This document shows, one piece after another, positions 12,691 through 25,880 of a stretch of 64,000 nucleotides of DNA. The stretch is from Pristiophorus japonicus (lineage: Eukaryota). Position 1 is the stretch's first letter. The number at the start of each line of letters is the position of its first letter. The stretch is taken from contig NC_091979.1 of the NCBI RefSeq assembly GCF_044704955.1, forward strand, positions 292,330,001 through 292,394,000, given 5' to 3'. The position numbers and the translations under genes are program-made. The notes beneath the pieces were generated by a model. That model was not told the DNA's origin. It saw only the letters and a program-made list of their open reading frames with translations, and did no database searches.

Positions 12691-13679
12691 ATGGGGCATT
12701 ACTTGTTCACAAGCGTCGCATTCTATATGCTCCAGCAAGGTATCGGCAACAGAGAAGGGCTGTTGGGCATGTTGGCAGCCGAAGGAGGAGAGCCCTTAGA
12801 TGTTGGACCAGGAGGCCTTACTCACCTTCTAAGCCTTCGGGTCCTTCCAGGCTGCATCAAGGGACATATACAGCGTCTCACAATTGTCAGCACATCGCTT
12901 CATCTGTTCCATATCACACAGGCACTCTACACATGCAGAATGGACTTCATTACCTTCCCAATGACCAGGGAGAAAGAGAATGAGCACGCATGTGGGTTTG
13001 CCAGGAGCGCAGACTTCAAAAGGTGCAAGGAGCAATTAACTGCACGCACGTGGCCTTGCGAGCACCATTCAAGAATGCAGAGGTCTAAACGTGCAACTGG
13101 TGTGCGACCACACATAGCGCATCCTCGCACTGATTGCTTGCTATCCTGGAAGCGCACATGATGCCTTTATCCTGCGGGAGAGCACTGTTCCTCGACTGTT
13201 TCAGCCACCACAGCAAGGCCGAGGCTGGCTGCTCAGGAACAAGGGATATGGCCTGGCCGCCTGGCTAATGACCTTCCTCCGCAACCCCACCATAGAGCCA
13301 GAGGAACGCTACAATGAGAGCCATGCCGCCACCCACAACATCATAGAGCAGACAATAGGGGTGCTGAAGTAGCAATTCCGATGCCTGGACTGCTTCAGGC
13401 AGCCTTCAATACTCCCCTCACCAGGTCTTACTATTCATCGTGGTGTGCTGCATTCTGCACAATTTGGCCATCATTAGGGCCCAGGCCTTGCCAGTGGGGA
13501 TCGCAGGCCCACCTCAGGAGGAGGAGGAGGAGGAGGAGGAAGAGCAACAGGAGCCTGGCGACGCCCTGAATCTGCAGCAACACGACGAGGAACAGCAGCA
13601 GCCACGGAGGAGGCAGCCTGCCAATGTTGGTGGTGCCATGACTCTTCGGCGGAGGCTCATAAGAGAGCACTTTGTTTAA
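12691..13679 (+). pseudogene. Harbinger DDE transposase (HARBI1-like), disrupted
   Basis: Across frameshifts: VQGAINCTHV, QLVCDH, YPGSAHDAFILRES, GWLLxxKGY, EERYNESHAATHNIIEQTIGVLK*QFRCL, CCILHNLAI. Confidence 0.9.
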
Positions 13680-13899
13680 ATAGAGATAGCTGAGGGATGC
13701 AGCTCAAAATGACTGTGCTTTGTGCCACGATAATGCCACATCTCCATCACAACTGAACAGTCGCACACCAGACACTGAAGGAAACGGTTCAACCCCAAAA
13801 ACCCCACACCCTCCAATAAAACAACATGGAGCTCCTGCCCCTTCAAAAAACATAACAGATGGTGAAAGTTCCCAACATATATACATAGGTCCCATAGGG

Positions 13900-15966
13900 A
13901 CACATTTATTCAGTGTGTCTTCCACTGACATTTCCCACTCCTCTGCCTCATCTCTTCCATCACCTATTGCTTCTCCTCAATGGGTCCTCAGTGTCTGCAG
14001 CAAGGCTGCTTGAGGGCTGTTGTGTGTCTGAGGGAGGCAGGACAAATGACCTAGTATGACGCCCTGGACCAGCTGTGGGCCTAGACGGCCCGGCTGCTGA
14101 CAGCACCACCTGAGAATGGGTGGCACCAGTCTTGAATTCCAGGGGTGCAGACCGAGCAGGTACAAAGGCAGAATGGCAGTGGTGGGAGCTGGAATGATGT
14201 GCTGCTGAGAGAGGACATCAGATTCAATCTTGTCCGACTGGCTGCTACAACCCCGGGGCACAGCCTCAACATCCGGAGCAATCTATTGGAGCGCAGATTG
14301 CTGGCCCGCTGTGGCACTGTTAGCTCCCTGTTGGACTGATGGGGACCCAGACTCCATGGCAGCAATCAGTGCTTGCCTGGCATCAATTTGATTCTGCATC
14401 AGAGCACACAGCGCATTGATGCCACCACACACTAACAACATGGCAGAATGTAGGTATAGCATGGTCTTGGCCTGCCCTTCAATGGCTACTGCCACATCAG
14501 CCATCATGTCTGGGACCCTTATCATCACTTCTGCCGTCCATCATCCATTAGAATCTACCAAGGATGGGCTCGACGGACTGCTGAGATGTAAATGCAAGCA
14601 TTGAGGCATCCTCCACCACACTCCAAGCAAGAGCATCCATGCTCAGCGGGATCCTCGCCAATGCACCTATTAGCTCGCGGTGCATCTGCATTGACTCCCT
14701 GGACATAGTCTCCAAATCCAGGTCCTCATCTGCTTGCCTGTGAGCAGGACTTCATGGGCCGACTTACCCTCCGGAGAGCTGGCCCCCGAGCTTCCCCTCA
14801 CGCTGGGCCAGTAGCCTCAGCTTCATGCAACCTCGGGAAGACGTCCTCTTCCACCAAGCTGCCTCCCCACTTGCTCCCAATGAGGATGTCTCACCCTGGG
14901 CTGGCACACTGCTCTCCACCAGCTCCTCATCTTGCTCATCGTCTACAGATATCTGCTCGTGGGCAGGCTGCCGCTCTTCCGGCTCATCATCTGTAAGCAA
15001 AAAGCAACAGAAGTGCAGTTATCAGCTGAGGAGGGAGCAGGAAGACAAGAAGTAGGGGTGTATGGTTATTTTGGTCGCAACATGTTGTAAGGCATGTGGC
15101 CTCAAGGCTAAGCGGACTCACACAAAACGCCCATTTCATTCACAAACCGTCACTGCCGAGTGGGGGCTCTGCCTCTCTGCCCTCCACTTTGCAATGCCTA
15201 CCTCTTCTACATGTCTACCAGGCCACGACTGCGACACCTATGAGGGTGCATACTTGCTCCTCCATCTCGCTGATGTCCTGGAGTTGGAGCTGGCCCTCTC
15301 CCTGACAATGCAGCTCATGCAAATTGTGCGCGAATTTGACCTGCAATGACAAAAACAAAAACTTGTTAGTGGCTGTGTAGCTGCTGGTGTGGCACCTGTG
15401 TCTGCGGTAGGTACGCGTGAGCAATATAATGAAGTGTGCATTTCATCCTGCATGGCATCGCACAGTGGATGTGTGAACGGTAAGTCTGGGGCACAAGCAA
15501 CTACCAGTAAGTATGACGCTTAGGCCTGTGACCGTATATAAAGAGTTAAAAGGTGCTGCTAGGTGGGCTCAGGCTGAGTAAGGAGCTAGAGGGTTAGAGA
15601 GCCTTGGATGGGCAGGGCATGTCTCGTGAGGTGATGGAGAGGTCTCAGACTGGCTTCAGCAAGGAGGAGCATGGCCTGGTAGACATAGGCACTGAAAAAT
15701 ATTTATATTGTGTGAGAAAGTGAGATTCACATGAGACATTGGAAGGTGAATGGAAGGGGTACTCACCCTGACGATCCTTTTGAATTTATCCCGACATTGC
15801 GTCGCTGTTGTGCCCACCATGTTCCAGGCTGAAACGTGGCATTCCACCTCCTTCCACAGCATCGTCAAAACCCTAGGCAGCGGCCTTTGTCCCCCTCCAG
15901 CAAATCTCCACTACCTACGGCAAGGCGTCAAGGGCGGTGGGCGAGAAGCGGGCACATAGCTGACAT
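13900..15966 (-). pseudogene. Harbinger Myb/SANT-like DNA-binding gene, 3 exons, disrupted
   Basis: Exon 1 15966-15767 (LWKEV..TATQCRDKFKRIVR|gtgagt). Exon 2 starts at 15340 (cag|VKFAHN..SEMEEQV). An acidic exon 3 starts at 14990. The 3' limit is approximate. Confidence 0.75.
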
Positions 15967-16753
15967 CCTCTTTCCCCCTCCATTTTGGCACACTGAAGAC
16001 ACTGTGGAGTTGGAGCTGCTCATGTGCTAATTTACCTTGCCACGCCTTTAAGACTCAGCTGTTCCCGGGATGGGAATCGGAGTTTGGCACATGCGTAATG
16101 GGTCCGCTAAATTTACCGACCAAACTTTCATTATGGCCCCCTCCCCAGCTCTGGTGTGCAATGGCTGATTTCTGTCAGCTCATCGCCCAATTCTGACGAA
16201 TTTCTGGGCGGAGGGTGCAAACTTTTTTAAGGCGATAAAATTACCGCTCTGTTTGGGTTACCGCCCCAAATGAGGCGCGACCAAATTTCTCCGCCAATGA
16301 TTTCGAATGCAACCTTGCAAATAGTCTGATTGTGTTTTGTATAGCTAGCAATTTGCCTTTGAAAAGCATCACACCTCATAAATGTCACACTTCAAAGCAT
16401 CATACATCCGAAGGGTAAAAATTAGTGATTGGCGGGAAAATAAATTTAGCTCATAAGCCAACAATCAAATATCCATTCAAAAATAGATATGAACAAATCA
16501 AAAAGACAAGTACCAAACAACCCCAGCAGAAAACTGAGCATTCAAAGCCCTAGCTTTTTTCAAAGTTACCATTCACAAACTAACATGTACTAAACACCAG
16601 CCTATCAAATTGCTCAGATAACTTTACATTACTTTCAGCTGCCATGTTCCTTCTTCACTCAGGTCAGTCTCTACAGCTAGAAATAATATTTATAACTGAA
16701 ACACATAAAAATAATATGTTTGGAGCATGTTATAATTTCTCCATTTTACTCAC

Positions 16754-16886
16754 CTTCTAAAACCCCCGGTTAAGGTCACACTGGCATGAGGTGTGCATTT
16801 ATGAACAATATCCTCTATTATTTGACCCACAGCATCTGCCTCTGCTTTCATTACGCCACGATTGATGTCTTCATAGTACAAAAACC
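16754..16886 (-). CDS. DNTT: TdT internal exon (human exon 7 equivalent; start of palm, GGFRR motif)
   Basis: Acceptor ttctctctttag|GG and donor AAG|gtgagt; 133 bp, phase 1 continuing exon 6. Translates GFLYYEDINRGVMKAEADAVGQIIEDIVHKCTPHASVTLTGGFRR. GFLYYED is TdT-type rather than Pol mu-type. Confidence 0.95.
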
Positions 16887-18708
16887 CTAAAGAGAGAAAA
16901 GCTTCATTAAGCACTTTGATGTGTGGCTGCATCCTGATAGTTAAACTCTGGTTGCACACCAACCCTCACGTTTTACACCCTGAATAGCTATTTTTCGCAT
17001 CACAACAGCAGAAAACACTCTTATACAAATTAAAATGCATAGCGAAGCAAGTCTGTAAGTTAAGTTTGAACGCATTGGTTTATAATAAGGACAGAGATCC
17101 CAAGAATTCCTAGTTGCTCCCACAAATCTAGAAATTCATGTCACGACATGTATTAAAATCACTGTAGTCTATCAGCCTTGGAGGAGATTGGGCTCATGCC
17201 AGTAATAGATTTAATGCATGACCGACTAGTTCCAATAAACCACACAGATCAGCTTGTTCAATTTCTTCCAAACTTCAAAGCATAATTGTAATCTGGCCTG
17301 CATGAGTAAAGCAGTGTTGTTTCATGCATTGCCCTTGTACTTCCAAGGAAACAGCGCCAAGGGCAAAAGACAAACAATACCCGACACATGTTGGCAAAGT
17401 TTGACCTCAAACTCTTAGGTTAAAGGGTGTTATTACATGTCTACTGGAATCATAGGCCCTGAGAATTCATAAGCCGGTGAGCCAGGTAATTACGCCAATT
17501 GGGAACTCCCCAGCTGATCCCAATGGATTATGTGGGGTCAGGGGGAGTCTCCCTACTTTTAATTGCATTAATTTGTGTCCATGCCACTAGGGGCACATCT
17601 AGGGTAACCGCGATATCAGGAAGGCTGGGAGGTTAGGCAGAGGAGTGCAGAGTCATGAGTGCCGGGTTCCCCCCAGAAAGAATTGTAGAACTTGTAGATG
17701 CCCCCTCTGCACATCCCCCTTTAAAGATTAAAATGGGCTAAATTTGGGGTGGGGTTCGCCTGGACCTCCAGCTGGTCCTCACATTCCGCCAGTCATCAGA
17801 GAGATTCGCCACATCGAACCGCTCATACTTCTGCCGACCATACATTGGGTCTCTCTGAGGGTTTGAATTATGGCAACTTGGACACAAAGCCAGGATCTGC
17901 CATATATTTACCAGGCATAAAGCACCTTTTGTTTTGCCATCACCATTCTGGTGTTTCCCTCCGGTGCCTACTCTTGCAGCATGCACGAGCAATCAAAATC
18001 CATGAAAATGAAGCAGACTACATCTCTAACCTCATTCTTTTGGGTCATTACTTGGCAGAAAGCCAAGTGTAGTGACATCTACAATTAATAGGCCTTAATA
18101 TTTCCCCCTGCCTTCCTCAGAATGGAGGATTGAGAGGGGCTGGCAGCAAGGCCATGGATGACAAAGAAAATTAAATGCCACATTTGAGGACCAGCAGCAA
18201 GACTACTGGGGCTGGAGGTCTTCTGATGGCTGTCTGTTGATGGCAATCAGAAGGCCCCGAAGCTGGCAGATATTACTGTTGCTGCAACTGAAGCAGCTGT
18301 TGGTTTTCTACCCCCATTTCCAGATATAAGCCTCTGCCAAGGAGTAGGCCTGGTCCTGGGGCACATAAGGATGTTAAAATGACCTCAACCTGGAAATAAA
18401 GGGAGGTTCAGGCCAGGTTAGGTGGACTGTGCTTCAGGTCAATTGGCTTGTGCCCAGGCGGACTGAGGAGAGGAAATCAGAACTACAATTTCCGACTCAG
18501 GCTGATTTATTTACACATAAGCGTGCTGGAATACAGATTGAAGCAGTACCACGAAACAGGGTTACATTGGATCTTGTTTCAGTGTAGACCAATTACTCTA
18601 GTTCAGCTGTTTCATTTATTTCTGGATTCAAATTAATGGCGTACTGCACACATGCTGCTTCTTTAATACATCCCCAGCCCATGTGCCCTACATGACCATT
18701 CTGATTCC

Positions 18709-19782
18709 TGATATGTCCTTACTATATAGTATAAATGCACACGAGGCCCATACTTGAGAGAAGGTCACTCTGTGACCAGTTACCTTTATTACCAAGACCT
18801 CAAGTGATGAAGGTGGGTGGAGCTTCCCCTTTTATACCTGAAAGTCCAGGTTAGGAGTGTCTCCCACAAGTTCACCCCGTTGTGGTCAATGTTCTCAAGG
18901 TGTACAACTTAGGTCAGCTTATACATGGGTTACAATGATAGTTGAATACATGACATTACCTCCCCCCCCCAAAGTCTTATTGGGATCACAGGTTAAGTCT
19001 CTCTGGTGGTTTACATGCCCTTGTAGAGCGCCTGAGTTGGGGCTCCGGTTGTTGGACGCTGGCCTGAGTGTCTGCTGTTTGCGGTGCCTCAGGCCTGTCT
19101 GGAATGCCCACATTGACTGGACTCTCCCCCACTTGGTTCCGATGTTCGGTCACCTGTGGTGGAGTAAACTCTACGTCATGTTCTTCCTCCGCTTCTTCTA
19201 TGGGGTTGCTGAACTTCCTTTTAGTTTGATCCACGTGTTTGCAGCAGATTTGTCCATTGGTAAGCTTAACTACCAAAACCCTATTCCCCTCTTTGGCAAT
19301 CTCAGTGCCTGCAAGCCATTTGGGCCCTGCAGCATAATTAAGGACAAAAACAGGGTCATTGACATCAATACATCACGCCCTCGCATTCCTGTCATGGTGA
19401 TCACATTGTGACTGATGCCTGCTCTCAACGATTTCTTTCATGGTGGGGTGTATAAGGGATAACCTGGTTTTAAGCGTCCTTTTCATTAGCAGCTCTGCGG
19501 GTGGAACCCCTGCAAGCGAGTGTGGTCAGAATCTATTGGCCAACAGAAGGCGTCATAAGCGGCTTTGTAGGGAACCCCCTTGGATTCTGAGCATCCCCTG
19601 TTTGATTATCTGCACTGCTCGTTCCGCCTGGCCGTTTGAGGTGGGTGGAGCTTCCCTTTTTATACCTGAAAGTCCAGGTTAGGAGTGTCTCCCATAAGTG
19701 CGCCCCTTGTGGTCAATGTTCTCAAGGTGTACAACTTAGGTCAGCTTATACATGGGTTACAATGATAGTTGAATACATGACA
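18709..19782 (-). mobile_element. Internally deleted Ty3/Gypsy LTR element
   Basis: TSD ATTCC on both sides. Full LTR at 18709-18955 with an adjacent PPT; integrase C-terminus (SNGQAER..) at 18970-19637; partial second LTR at 19638-19782. Confidence 0.92.
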
Positions 19783-19989
19783 ATTCCCAGCCAGTTTGTT
19801 AGATCCAGATTGTCTCCACCGATTACTGGATGGAACTCCTTTGTCCAAAAGCAATCATCTAGTTATTGACTTGTTCAGCTTTAATACAACATGAAGATGG
19901 CCATTTCTGTTCCTGTCTCCTTTTCCCTCTTGAATAGCTGGAACAAAGCTAGAACTTACCACTTCCTATCGTGGGCCATGACTTAGGTT

Positions 19990-20160
19990 AACATGTTCCA
20001 CTCTGCTTTGCTTGTACCATGTCTCTCTGTTATAATCAAAGTCTACTTAGCCTTCGCAGTTCTAATGAAAGGTCCTGGACCTGAAACGTTAACTCTGTTT
20101 CTCTCTCCACAGGTGCTGCCTGACCTGTTGAGTATTTCCAGCATTTTCTGTTTCTATTTT
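19990..20160 (+). mobile_element. Penelope-like pseudo-LTR fragment with decayed hammerhead ribozyme
   Basis: CTAATGA-AAGGTCctgGACCT-GAAAC core followed by gctgcctgacctg.tgagtatttccagcattt; the same tail occurs inverted at 32237-32370. Confidence 0.65.
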
Positions 20161-20324
20161 AGCCTTCTCAGGTCCCTGTTACTGAGCCCACTAACGTTTA
20201 GAAGCAAAACTACTTCAGCTGCTATATATTCAGTCAATGCTGCAAATAATAAACATCAATGAGCAGACCCTAACCAATCATTTGACTCCCACTTGGCCCT
20301 TTAAGAGGTGACATCTTTGAAGGT

Positions 20325-20922
20325 TTTAAGAATGAAAGCATTTAGTAATGATAAAATTGATTTTGTATATATATATATAAATGTTAAAAGTGTAGATTAT
20401 ATGGAAAGGCTGCAGTGTTAAAAGAAACAAAATGGATGACTTCCCCAAGTTCATGTCAGCATGGCTTTGAAACTCACCAAACTAGAAAATACGTTAATTG
20501 GAAAGCCATTAACCTAATCAAGGAATGGCACCAGCCCTCCAGACATGTACGAGGAGAAGTCAATCAGGAACGGCCCTGAAAATAATACCCAATCCTAAGG
20601 CTTTCTGAGAAACAATGGCCGTAAGGGGTATAATAATCCAAGCAAAGATTGCTGAGTCTCTTCTCCTTAGCACACGGCAAAAGCAGGAACCTCCCTCCAC
20701 AGCAGAAGCAAGGACAAACTTCATGTGCTTGTGCTTTGCCAGAGGGAAGTAAAGTATACCTTTTTATAAATCATCATTGTATCGGTTGCAACTAAGTAGA
20801 TCCATAGGATAGCTGATGACTGCTGATGTGCATGTGTGTGTGTGTTTAATAAACTATTCCAAATTGTTTTAAAAGAATCGGTCTTGCTGTCAATTTAATG
20901 CCAGAGATTTAGAAATCTTACA
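20325..20922 (+). mobile_element. Solo LTR (~600 bp)
   Basis: T(G>T)TAAG...CTTACA termini, 4-bp TSD AGGT, internal AATAAA. A second copy lies at 41054-41698. Confidence 0.85.
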
Positions 20923-21094
20923 AGGTGTAGGTAACTGCTAAAATTTCCGATATCATTAACTCTACACCTTACTATAATGATACCTCATCAGAATATCTGA
21001 GGAAATGTTTATAACCGTCGATGGTTTTCTTTTGATTCTGTCAGTAAGGGTTTCTGACATTGTGAGAGTATTGCTAATTTATGCATAAAATAAT

Positions 21095-21810
21095 AGCCCT
21101 GAAATTCCGGCCTCCCCTGGTCCATACTGAGTTCCTACGGACCCGGGAAGGCATCGGAAATGTCGGTTTCCAGCGCACAATGCGCATGCGTTGGAAACCA
21201 GCATTTCCGATCTGTCAAATTTCTGGCCTGACAAATGGCCGCATCTCGGGAGCGAGGACATTTGTAAATGGAAATTTCTGATATTTACGCTTACAAATGT
21301 CCTCAAAAATCTTGTGCCTGAAAAAGCAGGTGTTTTAAAAAACACAAAAACATATAAAAAATAAAGTTATTAAAACATATTTTATCATTTAAAAACCCTC
21401 CCCACGACGGTAAGTTTATTTTTTAAACTTTTTAAAAAATTGGGAAATTATTTTTTTAAGACATTAATAACTTTAATTTAAATGAATGTAGTGTAATTAT
21501 TTTCTATTTTTTATTAGTGTTTTGGGTGTTTGGGGCTGTGTTTTGGATATTTCGGGCTCTATCACAATCATAGTAATAGGAGTTTAGGACCCTGCGGAAC
21601 TCCTATTATTATGATACTTTACCTGATTGGTTGCCCAGAGCCATGTGACTCCAGCTCGAAGCCTATGCACACATCGACATGCACATGCTACGAATCGCAG
21701 TTGAAGGAGGCCTCAGCATCGGAAAGTCAATCGTGGGCAGCAGCTTAGTTTTTTATGCGTATTTTTTCTCTAAAATGCCCGCAGAAAGGCCAAACCGGAA
21801 TTTCAGGGTC
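21095..21810. mobile_element. MITE, PIF/Harbinger-like
   Basis: 16-bp imperfect TIRs with a perfect 14-bp core CCCTGAAATTCCGG / CCGGAATTTCAGGG; AT-rich centre; no coding capacity. Confidence 0.88.
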
Positions 21811-22174
21811 ATTACTTTTTTGTGATATTTTCATAGGTTTATTTTTCTTTGGAGGACCTCATGTGAAGAAGATAACTAATCAAAATATCAGAAAGCCATG
21901 TTATTTTAGTGAAATATATCAAATAACTACTAAGATCAAAAATAAAACATCAAAGGCTTTTTCCTGAAGGCCCTAATCAAATCTGAATGATATTCTTATC
22001 CTAAATAATGGAGTCGGTTGTAGTTTGGTAAGAACATGATTAACATGATTAGCAATATTTTAATCTATTATCATTCTACAAAATATGTCAAAATATATTT
22101 GGTATGCTACAAGATAAAAGAGAACTTCAGCAATTAGAAGATTCCTGATTATAATCACTTAACCATTGATGGGT

Positions 22175-22457
22175 ATGCCTTCTATTGCCCCAAGCTCTGG
22201 AATTCCCTGCCTACACCTCTTCACGTCTCCACCTCACTTTAACACGCTCCTTAAAACCTATCTCTTTGACCAAACTTTTGGTCAGCTGCCCTAATTTCTC
22301 CTTATGTGGCTCTGTGTCAATTTTTTGTCTCATAATACTCCTGTGATGCGCCTTGGGTCGTTTTACTATGTTAAAGGCGCTATATAAATACACGTTGCTG
22401 TTGTTGTTTTACTACGTTAACGATGCTATATAAATACAAGTTGCTGTTGTTGTTGAT
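22175..22457 (+). mobile_element. L2-type LINE/SINE 3' end with duplicated terminal segment
   Basis: ctctggaattccct...ccttaaaacctatctctttgacc...gctatataaatac.(tgt)n; the last ~40 bp are tandemly duplicated. Confidence 0.75.
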
Positions 22458-23262
22458 TAAACCACCAAATTAATTCAGAGATAACAGACCGATTCTTCTC
22501 TTTGTGGCAATGTTCAAGTGACTTCTACTCACATCTCCTGTACCACCTCAACCCTGACCCAGTTTCCCATTTCAAAAACAGGATTTCAACCACTGAGAGG
22601 TAGCCCACCAATTTAACAAAGGTAAATCATGGCACCGCAGCATTGCGTACACCATTACATCATCCAAAGAGGCGCCAAAGGACCTTAAAGGGGCAGAAGC
22701 ACCCACAAGACAAAATGGAACATTTATTTTTAGGCCTCTGTGGATGTCAGGGTCTGCACAGGTGAAGATTTGGGGCAGAAGTGGACAGAGCTGGGCTTCT
22801 ACTAGACCCTCTTCTTTAATTTAAAGAATTTAGGGACCTTTTTGCCGCTGTGTTGGCCTAATGCCACCTTCCACCAGGCAATCGTGGCAAGCTATGGTAA
22901 CTGGGGTGGCTGACAGGGAAATAGGCTTGGAGCTGAGGCACCCTAGCATTAATGGCCAGGAAGGAGTGGCCAGTGATGGTCCTGGCCAGGATAGGGGAAG
23001 GAAATCAAGGTCAAGTGATGGTAGGCCCCATGGCATGATTTTCTTCAATTATGGGCAAGATCATGGAGGAAAGTCCAGCCCAACCTGTCAACTAATGCCC
23101 CACAAAGCTCATCACATGAATGTATACCACGAACAGTTTTGAACAGAACTTTGCTTTTCCTTCACAATGTAATGTAGACCTATTGTGGAGCAGGGGGTAA
23201 TGAAGAGAAAATAGAGATAAACAGAATTATAATAGTGCTTATTTTTGACCAGTATTTTATTA

Positions 23263-23427
<165 letters not shown>

Positions 23428-23549
23428 CTACAGTAAAATAAATGACATTAACTGGCTACTGTTACTCTGTCAAGGGTCATTGCTGCACCATGCACTCATT
23501 GTTAACATTCTTGCGTTGTTTTCAACAAATGCATCAAGATTTTTAAGAT

Positions 23550-23730
23550 TTTTAAAAATTCATTCCTGGGATGTGGCATCACTGGCAAGGCCAGCATTTA
23601 TTGCCCATCCCTAATTGCCCTTGAGAAGGTGGTGGTGAGTTGCCTTCTTAAATCGCTGCAGTTCTTGTGGCGTAAGTGCTGTTAGGGAGGTAGTTCCAGA
23701 ACTTTGACCCAGCGACGATGAAGGAACGTC
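23550..23730 (-). mobile_element. 3' tail of the same LINE family as 7055-12131
   Basis: Shares ctggcaaggccagcatttattgcccatccctaattgcccttgagaagg. This copy shows the empty site of the 7109-7343 insertion. Confidence 0.85.
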
Positions 23731-23769
23731 CCTATTATAGGGAGACGAAGTGCTGTGGATATATACGCA

Positions 23770-24370
23770 GGGGCCCAAATTATATACCGCCCTGTTTGGG
23801 GGCTTTAACGGTCGAGAGGCGAGAGTTCCTGTGACAGGCATGGAAATCCCGCCCCGCGACCTACATTCAGCTTAACTCCCGAGATATCGTGCTCCACTTT
23901 CTCTGTGGGCCATGAGCAGGGCGGGAGCGGGGCAGAAGGACTCCGTGAAGTGCGCACCACGTAGAGAGGACCCTCCTTTTATTAAAGGGGAGGCCAAGCT
24001 GCCAACTCTGCGTGTGGGAAACGGGGCCATCCCTGGACCATCAGGGAGCAGGGTGCCATGGCAGCAGCCCTGCACACAAGCTGAGTGCCGGGCTGCAAGA
24101 TCACGGCACAGACCCAGCGATCAAAGAGGAAGAAGGCCATGAACAGTAAGTCAGCCATTTTTTTTATTTTGAACTCGGCACCTCCCCTTTAACTTTCACC
24201 CCGGGAGTGGCCTACAGCCCGGTATGCGTCCCCTGAAGCTGTCGCGGGTGAAAACGGGTCACTGCGCACGGTGATTACATCATCGCCAGCGCAGCAGAGC
24301 GGGTTGCCACCTGTTGAAGAGGGGCGGGACCGGTTACCGCCACCACTAAACGCCTGCAGAATTTCGTACA
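23770..24370. mobile_element. Non-autonomous Harbinger-like element (inverted homolog of 2487-3100)
   Basis: GGGGCCCAAATT terminus; shared block gggtcactgcgcac..tgattac.t..tc.cg/gccagcgc in opposite orientation. Confidence 0.6.
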
Positions 24371-24694
24371 CACCGTCACACTTCGCATCACACACCCGTC
24401 ACACACCCCCCTCGCTCCCATCTCACAGTCCCACATCACCCCCCCCCCCCAGTCACCCCCCCCATCACATACCCACGTCACAGCCCCCCCCACCTCCATC
24501 ACTCCAGCTCACATCCCTGTCATAGCCTCTCGTCACACACCCCCAGCCTCGCACTCACCTCGTCCCCCACCCGCCTGATTTTCCTTCCCATTACCAGGTT
24601 GCTGATCTGCAATTTATCAAAGTTGAACATTTCCCCATAAAGTTTCTATAAGAACTGTATACCAGTTGTGCTGTCACCCAATGTATCTGCTTAC

Positions 24695-24766
24695 CTTTCT
24701 TGCTTTGTATCTCTCATCACATAACAAACTCTCAATCTTAGAGCAAATACCATCTTCCAGAATTTC
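24695..24766 (-). CDS. DNTT: TdT internal exon (human exon 5 equivalent)
   Basis: Acceptor ttcacacag|GAA and donor AAG|gtaagc; 72 bp. Translates EILEDGICSKIESLLCDERYKARK (human, recalled: [24 protein letters not shown]). Too short for the ORF track. Confidence 0.93.
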
Positions 24767-24829
24767 CTGTGTGAAAGTATGAAATAGATTTCAATGTACA
24801 GCAAGCTATAACACTTTTTCCCACATTTT

Positions 24830-25880
24830 AATACAATGTCCCATTTGGAAAATTGCTCCCAGAACTAATGCCTTGGAGAAAGGATGGATGTGACATGGGT
24901 GGTCAGTTGGGGCAAAGAAAGGTGGGACAGGATCGCTCAGCTGCTGGGGGAAGGTATATCTGTTCTTTATCTCCTCTTCCCCATCATCGTCATGGTCATA
25001 TGGAATGAGCAACAATAACTCCCCAGCTCTTCCTCCTCAATCTCATCATCATCATCTTCCTCCTCCTATGACCCTCCACCATTGGAGTGGTGGATCTTCA
25101 GGAAAGGAGGATAGCCTAAGAATAGGCGAGCAATACCTCCTTGGGATTAAGGAGACAGATTAAGAAGGGGTGGAAGTTGCCCGTGTGGTGCTTTACATGG
25201 ATTCCAAAGTAACAGTGCAGGTGCTCAGTCATGAACCTGGGTGCTGGCAAGATGCACCAACCTCACTGTCTTGCACAAGCAAAAACAAGTGCGTGCCCAC
25301 TAGCTCCATGGTGTTCTCCAGGCGAGTGAGGGGTTTGAAGATGGGGATGTCCCCTCAGATGTCCTGTCTTTGATGGGCATTGGGTACTAACGTGTCCAAC
25401 AAGAAAATAGAGTAAATGAGGGTAAAGCCAGCAGTGCTAAACGGTATGGGAGAGGTGGATTAAGAGATGTAGAGGTATAAGGCTGTTAAAGTGGAGCAAG
25501 GGTTTTTTCAGGTGTGCATGCAAGTAATTGATGTTAGGAGACCTGTATACTCACAGGGCAGGATATTGAGTTAGAGCTGCCCTTCTTCAGAGTACAGTGT
25601 GAAGGGTTAATGTGAAAGTGTTGCCTTATGAGGTTGAAGAGAATGCTGGTGCCCAAAGAAGAAAGGGAAAGCGTCCATGTGTGTTAACTTGTCAGACCTG
25701 GTGAGGTCATTAAAGTGGACTGCAGTCCTATGGGTGAGGGAGTTGGCACTCAGTGCCAGTGCTACCTCCCTCCAGGCAGCATGAGTTACATTTCTGATAG
25801 AATTGGTGGCACCCACATCCGGGACAGAATTCATCCTGCCATCAATGCCCTCCAGAAGGACTTGGAGGTCTGAATAAGTG
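24830..25880 (-). pseudogene. Harbinger Myb/SANT gene relic
   Basis: SDLQVLLEGI..AWREVA..RTAVHFNDLTRS at 25690-25875; an exon-2-like segment near 25300-25395; an acidic stretch near 25020-25075. Confidence 0.65.

Larger units (their letters stand above)
12242..16295. mobile_element. PIF/Harbinger transposon relic with convergent transposase and Myb/SANT genes
   Basis: Imperfect TIRs GGGCTGGATTTTTGGT / ACCAAATTTCTCCGCC enclose the two gene relics listed next. Confidence 0.85.

Noticed and set aside
16878-16886. Perfect RSS nonamer ACAAAAACC in DNTT exon 7
   Set aside because: The nearest CAC heptamer-like sequence gives a 14-bp spacer and a poor heptamer. The nonamer is simply the antisense of the GFLY codons.
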